64,000 nucleotides of DNA from a virus. The translations under genes were made by a program, and so were the position numbers. How positions within the stretch are numbered: position 1 is the first letter of the stretch; the number at the start of each line of letters is the position of its first letter. The stretch lies in the IMG/VR virus record IMGVR_UViG_3300031417_000382, positions 2,150 to 66,149 of that record. The stretch is one strand, 5' to 3'. Of the stretch, positions 55,939 through 63,683 are shown one piece after another. The notes under the pieces were generated by a model, which saw nothing but the letters and a program-made list of their open reading frames with translations, did not search any database and was not told the origin of the DNA.

Positions 55939-56496
55939 TTACGAAGGAATATCGTTAGACCCTCGCTCAGTGATGGCGTATAGAAGACCAACACAACTAT
56001 CCGGCCTATCCCCACAGAACTTGCAATCGTAGGAGTACTTCTTGGACTTTTCGACGTAGTGGCCTTCATACTCTTTTACGAGAGAGAAGCCAAGCGCTGA
56101 TAGGACATCCTCGCTACCAATGAGGGGAACTCCCGGCATTGAATCAGTGTCACCGGTGCCTGGCACCTTGAGCATGATCTCTACTCTGTCAGCGCCGTGG
56201 GCCGACATCTTTCGAAGTACCCCGAAAGTAAGAAGGGTGCCGAAGCCCTCTTTACGATACGGCGGTGCAACCACCACAGCGTCAATAGAGCCGGTGACAA
56301 GTGTCTGATTGCCGACAGTAGTGTTCTGAAAATGGTAAAGTGCGAAACCGATAAACGCGCCGTCTGAGATCTTGATCATCAGATAGTAGGTGTGGCCGTA
56401 GCTAAACAACGACTTAAGGACACCAAGCCCGAGTGACTCGTTGGCTATCTTCTTAATCTCGATAGGCAACGAAGCATACGTTAGCTTTGAACTCAT
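55939..56496 (-). CDS. GNAT acetyltransferase with C-terminal CxxC motif
   Basis: VVVAPPYRKEGFGTLL acetyl-CoA motif A; YDCKFCG...SC. Confidence 0.8.
   Translation of the reverse strand: MSSKLTYASLPIEIKKIANESLGLGVLKSLFSYGHTYYLMIKISDGAFIGFALYHFQNTTVGNQTLVTGSIDAVVVAPPYRKEGFGTLLTFGVLRKMSAHGADRVEIMLKVPGTGDTDSMPGVPLIGSEDVLSALGFSLVKEYEGHYVEKSKKYSYDCKFCGDRPDSCVGLLYAITERGSNDIPS
55948..55954 (-). promoter_or_regulatory. CGATATT motif
   Basis: 36 nt upstream of ATG 55912. Confidence 0.5.
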
Positions 56497-56538
56497 CAGT
56501 CGTCTTCTTTCTTAAAGGGGTACGGCGTAGCCTGTTTT

Positions 56539-56545
56539 AATATCG
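56539..56545 (-). promoter_or_regulatory. CGATATT motif
   Basis: 43 nt upstream of ATG 56496. Confidence 0.5.
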
Positions 56546-56560
56546 AACTCACAGGCGATT

Positions 56561-56998
56561 TTAGTACTCGTCATCGTCCTCGAGCATCGGGTTGCTAGCC
56601 GGACCGCTAATCTGGCCTGCTTCAGGCGTCCCGTTGTTGTAATCCTCGAGAAGCTCACTGTAGCTTTTCTTCTCAACGGCTCCGCGACGAAGCTTACCAT
56701 TCCAGAGTTTCTTTACTCGGTCGTTTAGGCGAATGCTTAATCGATTGCGAGCAGGAATGACACCCTGGGGTGTAACTGTTTCTTTTGTTGGGTGGTTCTT
56801 TACAGCGAAAAGACCGGCAAAGTTGAACGAGCCTTTGTTCACGATCTCTTCGGTAACTACTTCTTTGAGAGTATCGAGCACGAGATCAACCACACCGACG
56901 TTGACGAGAGTTCGCGCGGCGATTTCGCGCTTTAGGCCATCCGCTTTGAGCGGTTCGTCAACGGTGAGGTTCTTGTACGGTTGCTGAAACTGAGGCAT
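56561..56998 (-). CDS. HU/IHF-like DNA-binding protein (divergent)
   Basis: LKREIAART...VVDLVLDTLKEVV.EEI...GSFNFAGLFAV...IPARNRLSIR. Confidence 0.65.
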   Translation of the reverse strand: MPQFQQPYKNLTVDEPLKADGLKREIAARTLVNVGVVDLVLDTLKEVVTEEIVNKGSFNFAGLFAVKNHPTKETVTPQGVIPARNRLSIRLNDRVKKLWNGKLRRGAVEKKSYSELLEDYNNGTPEAGQISGPASNPMLEDDDEY

Positions 56999-57005
56999 AG
57001 ATGGA

Positions 57006-57446
57006 TCACTTCGAGTAGGAGCCGACGCCGTAGAACGCGGCGGTGCGAGCCCAGCGCTTAATGATTTCCTGCTGCTTATCGAGCAGTTCGGAGACCGGCA
57101 CCGGGTTTTCTGAATCTTCGGCGATGAGCCATCCGTCCTTAGTGAGGGTAAGCTCGATCTTCCGATTGGTCTTCGCCGAGGGCCTCAGGTTGATCTGGGA
57201 GTTCTGTGTGAACGGCACTCGTAAGACGAGTTTAGAACCGAGATCCCAAGGCTGCCGAGCGACCGTTGAAGTCTTTAGGCGAGTCTGAATACGAGCGTTG
57301 TCAAAGACGATGTTCTTCTGATCCTCAGTGAGGCGAAGCTTCCACTTCTTCTGAGCAATCTTGATTTCGTCGTTAATCGTGGCGTCGAGCTCATCTAGGA
57401 AAGACTCGGGCAACTCGAGGTTGAGCGTTAGGTAAGAGTCAGCCAA
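57006..57446 (-). CDS. Hypothetical protein
   Basis: 146-aa ORF with RBS AAAGAGG and TTGGTAAGAT promoter at 57483-57492. Confidence 0.6.
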   Translation of the reverse strand: MADSYLTLNLELPESFLDELDATINDEIKIAQKKWKLRLTEDQKNIVFDNARIQTRLKTSTVARQPWDLGSKLVLRVPFTQNSQINLRPSAKTNRKIELTLTKDGWLIAEDSENPVPVSELLDKQQEIIKRWARTAAFYGVGSYSK

Positions 57447-57498
57447 GGTGAGTCCTCTTTCGTCAGGTTGTTACTTGGGCTCATCTTACCAAGACGGC

Positions 57499-57789
57499 TC
57501 ACTCAGTTGTTCTTACCCGATCAAGGAAATGCTTCATAGCGCGGATACGAACCGTCTTGGAAGCTGGAACCTCAATTGTCTCGCCGGTACGAGGGTTTTT
57601 CAACTCTCGAGCTGAACGGACGCTTGGCTCTACAGCGAGGAAGCCCATAAGCTTTACCTCGATACCGCGAGCCACGGTATCCATCACGATCTCCTGTAAA
57701 GAGTCAACTACCTTAGTCACAACCGCTTTCTCTACGGCTGTTTTCTTACTAATGGACTCTACGAGATCTGCTTTGTTGAGAATCGGCAT
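57499..57789 (-). CDS. HU family DNA-binding protein
   Basis: LNKADLVESISKK...V.L.GF...RSARELKNPRTGETIEVPASKTVRI. Confidence 0.9.
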   Translation of the reverse strand: MPILNKADLVESISKKTAVEKAVVTKVVDSLQEIVMDTVARGIEVKLMGFLAVEPSVRSARELKNPRTGETIEVPASKTVRIRAMKHFLDRVRTTE

Positions 57790-57803
57790 AAAGGGCGTTC
57801 CTA

Positions 57804-58184
57804 TCAGTGTCGCGGGGTGTTTCGGCCTCGTCGGAAGAGAGAAGGCTTCTCTACCGGCGAATCAGTTCGTGTTGATGCCTGCTGTGCACGATCGATGTCG
57901 TCCATGAGCTTGTTTGAGTCTTCGTCATCGAGGCGCGGCCCATCGTCCGGCTCTACATCGAACACAGAACGCTCGAGCACCTGCATGTCATCATCGTTAA
58001 CGGCAGGAGCTTCTTCCTCTGTACTGAATAGCTCAGGGAGAGCTGTTCGAGAGTACGCACGGTCACGCTTTAGGCTGATTAGGAAGGCGATCACCGCTCC
58101 GATGGCTAGTAAACCGAGGACAGCGAGAATTAGCGTTGCGCCGATGACGCTTGCACCTGAACTAGAAGTCATGTCGAAGTTCAT
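57804..58184 (-). CDS. Bitopic membrane protein with acidic tail
   Basis: ATG 58184 overlaps sigma stop (ATGA); one TM helix. Confidence 0.6.
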   Translation of the reverse strand: MNFDMTSSSGASVIGATLILAVLGLLAIGAVIAFLISLKRDRAYSRTALPELFSTEEEAPAVNDDDMQVLERSVFDVEPDDGPRLDDEDSNKLMDDIDRAQQASTRTDSPVEKPSLFRRGRNTPRH

Positions 58185-59263
58185 GCGTTCTCCCGAGGTA
58201 GGAATAGGGGCTCCCATTGTGATTTAGCTATCACTTCAGCGCCGTTATCGACAGCTTTGATCGTTCGCTTAATGTCGAACTCATCGAAGCCTTGCCCTCC
58301 AGCACGCTTCAGGAAGGCGTAGAACGGCCCCTTAGCGTCTCTGATGAGTAGTTTCCATTGCGATACGAGCTTGCGTAGTGCGCTGTTAGACAGCTGCTCA
58401 AGGGCAGCTTGTTCTTCGTCAGACAGTTCTGACTGAAGTTCGTGCTTGATGGCTAGAACGGCTTCAGGTGTGAAGCGCTCCTCAGCTACGAAAGCACCGA
58501 ACAGTGTCTCATCAAAGATCTTCGTTGAGATTTCACCGAACACCATCTCACTCATAGAGCGATCAAGCGGATCGATGAGATTTTGGACGATGAGATTACG
58601 CTCGAAGTACTCCTGCTCTTCAACGAGCTCGAGAGTGATCTTCTGATTGCTGCTATAACGTTTCTCAGATGAACCGACGCGGCCGTTCATCGACTTAACA
58701 TCGGCAGCGCCGGAGTGCAGGTAATCAAGGACTTCCTGATTGGTGGCGTAGCGACCGTAGAGCTCGGATAGCTTTTTTCGAACTGCTGAGATCTTCTTAT
58801 AAGTGTGGAATCTCGACGGTGGGATGCCGAACGGAGCAGCCTCAAGTGTGAGAAGCTCTTTCTTCGCGTAAGCAGTGAACCACTGAAGTAGGTAGTTCGT
58901 CGCTGATGAATCGAGCTTGTCTACATCGAAGTGGCGAAGCCCTTTGACTGCTCCTGCGCGACCAGCGTAGTAAAGCTGGTTATAGATGCTCTCATCTGTC
59001 CCACGAAGATGGCTCTTCGAAAGGATCGAGTTTACCTCACGAATAATGAGCGGCTCAGCGAGCTTAAGCAGCTTGTCAAGAGCGTACTCGCGAAGTGTGA
59101 AAGCTGCGTCTACTTGAGTCTGAAGCTCCGGCTCATCGTCGAGATACTTTACCAGCTTTTCGTAGCTGTCATCAGAATCTTGGAAGATTGGCACATAGTA
59201 GCGAAGAGACTCTACTGTAAGACGCTCCCCCAAGCTCTTTGCTGTCTGCTTCTTCGGCGTCAC
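58181..59263 (-). CDS. Sigma-70-like RNA polymerase sigma factor (divergent)
   Basis: Region 2: EPLIIREV...QLYYAGRAGAVKGLRHFD....ATNYLLQWFTAY; region 3-like KLSELYGRYATNQEV; region 4 not clearly recognisable. Confidence 0.65.
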   Translation of the reverse strand: MTPKKQTAKSLGERLTVESLRYYVPIFQDSDDSYEKLVKYLDDEPELQTQVDAAFTLREYALDKLLKLAEPLIIREVNSILSKSHLRGTDESIYNQLYYAGRAGAVKGLRHFDVDKLDSSATNYLLQWFTAYAKKELLTLEAAPFGIPPSRFHTYKKISAVRKKLSELYGRYATNQEVLDYLHSGAADVKSMNGRVGSSEKRYSSNQKITLELVEEQEYFERNLIVQNLIDPLDRSMSEMVFGEISTKIFDETLFGAFVAEERFTPEAVLAIKHELQSELSDEEQAALEQLSNSALRKLVSQWKLLIRDAKGPFYAFLKRAGGQGFDEFDIKRTIKAVDNGAEVIAKSQWEPLFLPRENA

Positions 59264-60508
59264 TTAAATAGTCCTAACTGGTAGTCCGCCCGCGTTGGGT
59301 CGACCAAAGCGAGGAACCCCTCCGCCACTTTGACCGGGACCTGGATTAGTCGAAGCTGTTTCAGCTGCGCCGCTTCCTTGAAGTTTAGAGCCGGGCTGAC
59401 TCTTTGCGATGTCAAGGATCGAGATCCCACTGTCTTTGAATTTCTTACGCATGTCGTCAGTAGGGTTTGCAACCTTAGACCAGGTATCGTCAGATTCGTT
59501 GTATGTGTAGAGTCGGTTAGTGGTGATACTAGCAGACTCCTTCTCATTCACGATGTTAGTGATCTCCTGGACTGCGGTTACTCGATAACGTGAATCCTGC
59601 TTGAAGTAAGCAAGCTGGATCACCAGGTCGATTGCGTTAGCAATATCGATGTTGGCCGCTCTCGTGGGCTGGTTGGGATTACCCTTGAGCGTAAAGTTTG
59701 TCATCTTCTCGAGAGCTCGCACTGGGTCGTTCGCGTGAAGCGTAGTGAGTGATCCATCCATACCGGAGTTCGCGGCGATTAGGAAGTCTGCGAACTCTTT
59801 ACCTCGAGTCTCACCGATGATGAGCTTGTCTGTACGCATTCGATTGAACTGTGCAACAATCCACGAGAGAGAAGCTACGTTTTTCTCCTCCATCCCTGGG
59901 CGCCACGGGACCGAGTGCAGATATGTGGTGTTCGGCTGAACGAGTACTAGTTCAGGAGTATCCTCAGCTACGCCGAGACGAGTTGTGTCCGAAAGCTCTT
60001 TCGTGAAGGCTTCTAGGAACGTTGTCTTACCTGCACCGGTACCTCCGCTGAACACAATGGTGAGATCTGCCGCTGCAGCAGCCTTTACGAATGCTAGAAC
60101 CTCGCTCGGCATTGATCCCCCGCTAGCAATAAGATCTAGCGTCGATAGTGACGTGCTCTTTTTAGCGATCGTTACCTGCGGGACATCAGCTGCAGGAGGG
60201 AGCACGATGTGGCAACGACCACGGATCTCTCGGCCGTCTACTTTATAGCGAAGCGGGCCCTCAAAGATGTAGCCTTGAGGATCGAACTTATCGAAAGAGA
60301 CGATGTGAGGAACAAGCCCTGGCTCGATTGAGTCGGCGTACTCCTCATCATTCTCAAAGCTAAGCGCTTCGATGTGCTCTCGCCGGCCTTTACGCTTTAG
60401 GAAGAATCCATCGCGAGCGTTTACCTCGATCTCCGATACAGCATCATCGCGAAGTATGTTAAGAGCTAGGTTCCACTGTTTGTTACTGCTGATGTGCTGG
60501 AGATCCAT
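59264..60508 (-). CDS. CpaF/VirB11-family secretion ATPase
   Basis: SEIEVN, FSGGTGAGKTT, VAEDTPEL, RMRTDKLIIGETRG, NSGMDGSLTTLHAN. Confidence 0.9.
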   Translation of the reverse strand: MDLQHISSNKQWNLALNILRDDAVSEIEVNARDGFFLKRKGRREHIEALSFENDEEYADSIEPGLVPHIVSFDKFDPQGYIFEGPLRYKVDGREIRGRCHIVLPPAADVPQVTIAKKSTSLSTLDLIASGGSMPSEVLAFVKAAAAADLTIVFSGGTGAGKTTFLEAFTKELSDTTRLGVAEDTPELVLVQPNTTYLHSVPWRPGMEEKNVASLSWIVAQFNRMRTDKLIIGETRGKEFADFLIAANSGMDGSLTTLHANDPVRALEKMTNFTLKGNPNQPTRAANIDIANAIDLVIQLAYFKQDSRYRVTAVQEITNIVNEKESASITTNRLYTYNESDDTWSKVANPTDDMRKKFKDSGISILDIAKSQPGSKLQGSGAAETASTNPGPGQSGGGVPRFGRPNAGGLPVRTI

Positions 60509-60577
60509 AGAGATGTGTGGCCTTCCACGAGCTTCAATGTGTAGAAGCCATATCAGAACCGCGGTTCTACGGGCACT

Positions 60578-62839
60578 TTAGCTCATCGGAAGCGAAACGA
60601 TCTTATCAGCAATCGATTCTACAAGATCGTTGTGGGCGATGAGCACAACCTGCCCCTGGAACATCTCTTTCACCGTAGAAAGGATAAGCTCAGCTCGTAG
60701 CCCATCCTGTGAGACCAACACTTCGTCCAGGATTACCGTGTTCTGTTCAGAGCCAGAGTTCAGAAGCATAGCGATGGCCAATCGAAGAGAGATGGCCGCC
60801 GCCGAAAGCTCTCCACCGGAGAGCAAGCCAACCGAACGGCGCGTTCCGTCAGCAAGATAGACGGTTGCGTTGAACTTCTGATCAAGGGTTAGTCGAGTGA
60901 ACATCCCGTCTGTAAAGCGTGACAAAAGATCAGATGCGTAAACTTCGATAGTTGGGATACTGTTACGGATACGCTCTTCACGGAACTCAGCCACGATCTC
61001 GACAGAGTGAGCAGCTACAGCAACAGACTGCAAGAGCTCCTTGTGCCGGCTAATCTCTTCCTCATGGCGCTGGATGTCCTGGCGAAGATGCGCAAGCCGT
61101 TCATGGTTTAGATTAAGATCACCGGTTGCCTGAGCATACTCAATAGATGCTGAAGAGTGCTTCGAACGGATAGCGTCTAGTTTCTTCTGTAGAGCGTTAA
61201 GCGAGCGCTGCGATGCAGACTCGAGACCCGCGTCTTCCTTCTCGAGCTTCTGAAGTTCAAACTCGAAGTTCTCAATCTCTTCCGTAAGCCCTTGAGCTTT
61301 CTCTAGAAGACGCTTGTAGGAGCGCTGACGTTCTTTGTTCTGTTTTGCCTCATCGAATAGCTTGTTGACACCCTTAAGCTCTTTTTCGAGCACAAGAAGT
61401 TCGCTAGAGACGTTGTCCAGCTCCTTCTTTTTCTGAGCAAGTTCACCTTCGATTTCAGCAAGACGTACGGTAACACGCTCATGCGTCTCTAGAACAGCAA
61501 GCTTACGCTGCAGTTCGGCGAGCTCTGCTCGGCCTTCCTCGAGTAACTTTCTGTTGGTGTCCTGAGTATTCTGCAGTGCGGCGCTGGTGACTTCAAGCGC
61601 TTTTACAGCAACCGATGAATCAGCGACTTTCTGAAGGCAAGTCGGGCAGCTCTCTCCGTGCTCGATCACCTTGATAGCGTTGAGCACTGATGCCTGCTGA
61701 GCTTTTGCTTCACGGCCTTCTGAAGATAAAGCTTCCTGCCGCTCTACGAGCTTTGCCGTAGTCTCGGTGAGCGTCTCAAACGACTCCTCGGGAGCTTCTC
61801 CCGCCGCTTCATTTTCGGCTTGAAGATCCTCGACCTCACGCTTAAGCTGTTTTACGGAATCATCAGCTCTTGAACGGCTGATGCGTAGCCTGTCACGGCG
61901 CTTGTCCAGATCGGCCGCCTGCTGAGCGAGCTCATCATATGAGCCGGCGGTGGAGTCAGATAAAGCTCTACGCTCCTGATCCTTAGCCTGGAGGGTCTCT
62001 TCAAGAGCCTCCTGCTTTACAGCAACGCGCGTTTTAAGCTCGGCGATTCGACGCTCTACATCGGCCTTGTGCTCGAACTTCTCAGTAGCCTCTTCAAGCT
62101 TTCCCTTAAGCTCGACGCCTTCGGTTTTGAGTTCCTTAGCCTGAACCTTGAGAGAAGCGGTGAGCTCCGCGAGCGTAGAGATTGCGTCAACCGTAGACTG
62201 CTCTTCTTTACGCACCTTAGCGAGGCCAGCTTCATCGATGGCAGAGCTTTCAGTGGCTTTCTTTAGAAGCTTGTGTTCAGCTCTAGACTGCTTAAGAGCT
62301 TCGGTGAGGCTAGCGATACCGGTGAGCTTCTCGATCACCTCTCCACGCTCTCGTGGGCCCGAAGAGATTAGATGGTCAACCTGCTTCTGTTGAACCAGAA
62401 TCGAGGAGAGGAAGCCTTTCTCGTCCATGCGGAGAAGCTTGCGGATATACGGTTCAGCGTGAGAGATAGCAGGCCCGGCAAGCTGCTCAGATTCTTCCTC
62501 ACCGTCTTTGTCGGTGATAGACCAAATCTCACACTCAAGCGTGCCGTGCTTGTTTACTCGCCGACGCTCAATGCGGTACTGAACTCCGTCGATGAGTAGA
62601 TCAACACGAGCAAGGGCTTTATCCTTCTCGCCGAGACCGTTGCGGAATATCTCTACACTCTTCGAGACGCCGTCAGGCTTGGTACCGAAGAGAGCCCATG
62701 CGATTGAGTCAACGATGGAGGATTTCCCAGTTCCGTTGGCTCCCTGGATAGCTGTGATACCGACCGAAGCAGGTTCAAAGATAAGGTGCTCGTGAGAGCG
62801 AATGTTGAACAGCTCTACCTTAAGCAGCTTCAATGACAT
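60578..62839 (-). CDS. SbcC/Rad50-like SMC ATPase
   Basis: NIRSH, GANGTGKSS, VQQ, coiled coil, CPTC hook, LLSGGE, VILDE, IAH; ATG 62839 preferred because TTGGTACAAT promoter overlaps 62878. Confidence 0.9.
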   Translation of the reverse strand: MSLKLLKVELFNIRSHEHLIFEPASVGITAIQGANGTGKSSIVDSIAWALFGTKPDGVSKSVEIFRNGLGEKDKALARVDLLIDGVQYRIERRRVNKHGTLECEIWSITDKDGEEESEQLAGPAISHAEPYIRKLLRMDEKGFLSSILVQQKQVDHLISSGPRERGEVIEKLTGIASLTEALKQSRAEHKLLKKATESSAIDEAGLAKVRKEEQSTVDAISTLAELTASLKVQAKELKTEGVELKGKLEEATEKFEHKADVERRIAELKTRVAVKQEALEETLQAKDQERRALSDSTAGSYDELAQQAADLDKRRDRLRISRSRADDSVKQLKREVEDLQAENEAAGEAPEESFETLTETTAKLVERQEALSSEGREAKAQQASVLNAIKVIEHGESCPTCLQKVADSSVAVKALEVTSAALQNTQDTNRKLLEEGRAELAELQRKLAVLETHERVTVRLAEIEGELAQKKKELDNVSSELLVLEKELKGVNKLFDEAKQNKERQRSYKRLLEKAQGLTEEIENFEFELQKLEKEDAGLESASQRSLNALQKKLDAIRSKHSSASIEYAQATGDLNLNHERLAHLRQDIQRHEEEISRHKELLQSVAVAAHSVEIVAEFREERIRNSIPTIEVYASDLLSRFTDGMFTRLTLDQKFNATVYLADGTRRSVGLLSGGELSAAAISLRLAIAMLLNSGSEQNTVILDEVLVSQDGLRAELILSTVKEMFQGQVVLIAHNDLVESIADKIVSLPMS

Positions 62840-62868
62840 GCAGAACTCCGATCGATTTACGTCGAAGT

Positions 62869-62878
62869 ATTGTACCAA
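62869..62878 (-). promoter_or_regulatory. SigA-type extended -10 (TTGGTACAAT)
   Basis: 30 nt upstream of ATG 62839. Confidence 0.6.
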
Positions 62879-62941
62879 GACGCTGTTTCGTCGGTAGTTC
62901 AGTAACAGCTGTCTAAGCCTGTCTTATGCTGTAGACGAACG

Positions 62942-63050
62942 ACTCAACAGAACTGAGGTTTGCGCTGCAAGAGCCTGTTTAGCTGTGCTAAGAACCCCTC
63001 TACTCCCCCGGATTAGCAAGGGAGTTAAGAGGGGTAAGCATAGCGCTGTT
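62942..63050. repeat. 109-nt intergenic repeat, copy upstream of sbcC
   Basis: Aligns gap-free to 36989-37097; contains hairpin ACCCCTCT-ACTCCC/GGGAGT-TA-AGAGGGGT. Confidence 0.85.
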
Positions 63051-63063
63051 TTAAGCTAGCCGA

Positions 63064-63633
63064 TCACTTATAGAAGTCGCCGAGAATCTTGTCACTCTCG
63101 CCCTTCTCGGTCTTCACCTTTACGTCTTGCTTTGATTGGAAGATGCCACCACCCATGCTCTGAGCGATGCCACCGAAAAGAGCGGCTAAGACGACGAAAG
63201 CTGTTATCGCGGCGAGTGTAATCACAGCTGCTCGTGAACGAGTTTTAGCAGGCTGCCGGAGCTTGTAGCCCTTAAACTCGATCAAACTTACGAGCCAGCG
63301 CCGAGCCACGAAAAGCTTCCAGTTCTCTTCGACGAGCTTGTCTTCGACCTCTTCGCTTCCAACAGCTCTGTCGAGCTCAAACTCATCGCCGACTGTATAT
63401 CCGTTCTCTGAACTGTGAAGAAGCTTGAATACCTGCTCCTTCAAATAGAACACCGGCTTACCGTTTTTCTCGTCAAGAGTCACCGTCAGTTTGAATTTCT
63501 CCGGAATAACCTCATCGACGAGTTTGTCAGGTGCAAGCTCAAGCACTAGCCCGTTCTCAGTGCTTGAAAGCACATACGGTTGATTCTGCTTCTCGATTGC
63601 GTTCTCGATAAAAGCGTAGAGCTCTTCGTTCAC
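63064..63633 (-). CDS. Hypothetical protein with C-terminal TM helix
   Basis: Acidic N-domain, hydrophobic AVITLAAITAFVVLAALFGG. Confidence 0.6.
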   Translation of the reverse strand: MNEELYAFIENAIEKQNQPYVLSSTENGLVLELAPDKLVDEVIPEKFKLTVTLDEKNGKPVFYLKEQVFKLLHSSENGYTVGDEFELDRAVGSEEVEDKLVEENWKLFVARRWLVSLIEFKGYKLRQPAKTRSRAAVITLAAITAFVVLAALFGGIAQSMGGGIFQSKQDVKVKTEKGESDKILGDFYK

Positions 63634-63683
63634 TGTGGATCACCTAGCTAGTGTGGTTCGGACGTGTTGACTATCAGCTTTCG

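Noticed and set aside
57006-57446. Third HU paralogue
   Set aside because: Lies between two HU genes but lacks the HU helix and arm motifs.
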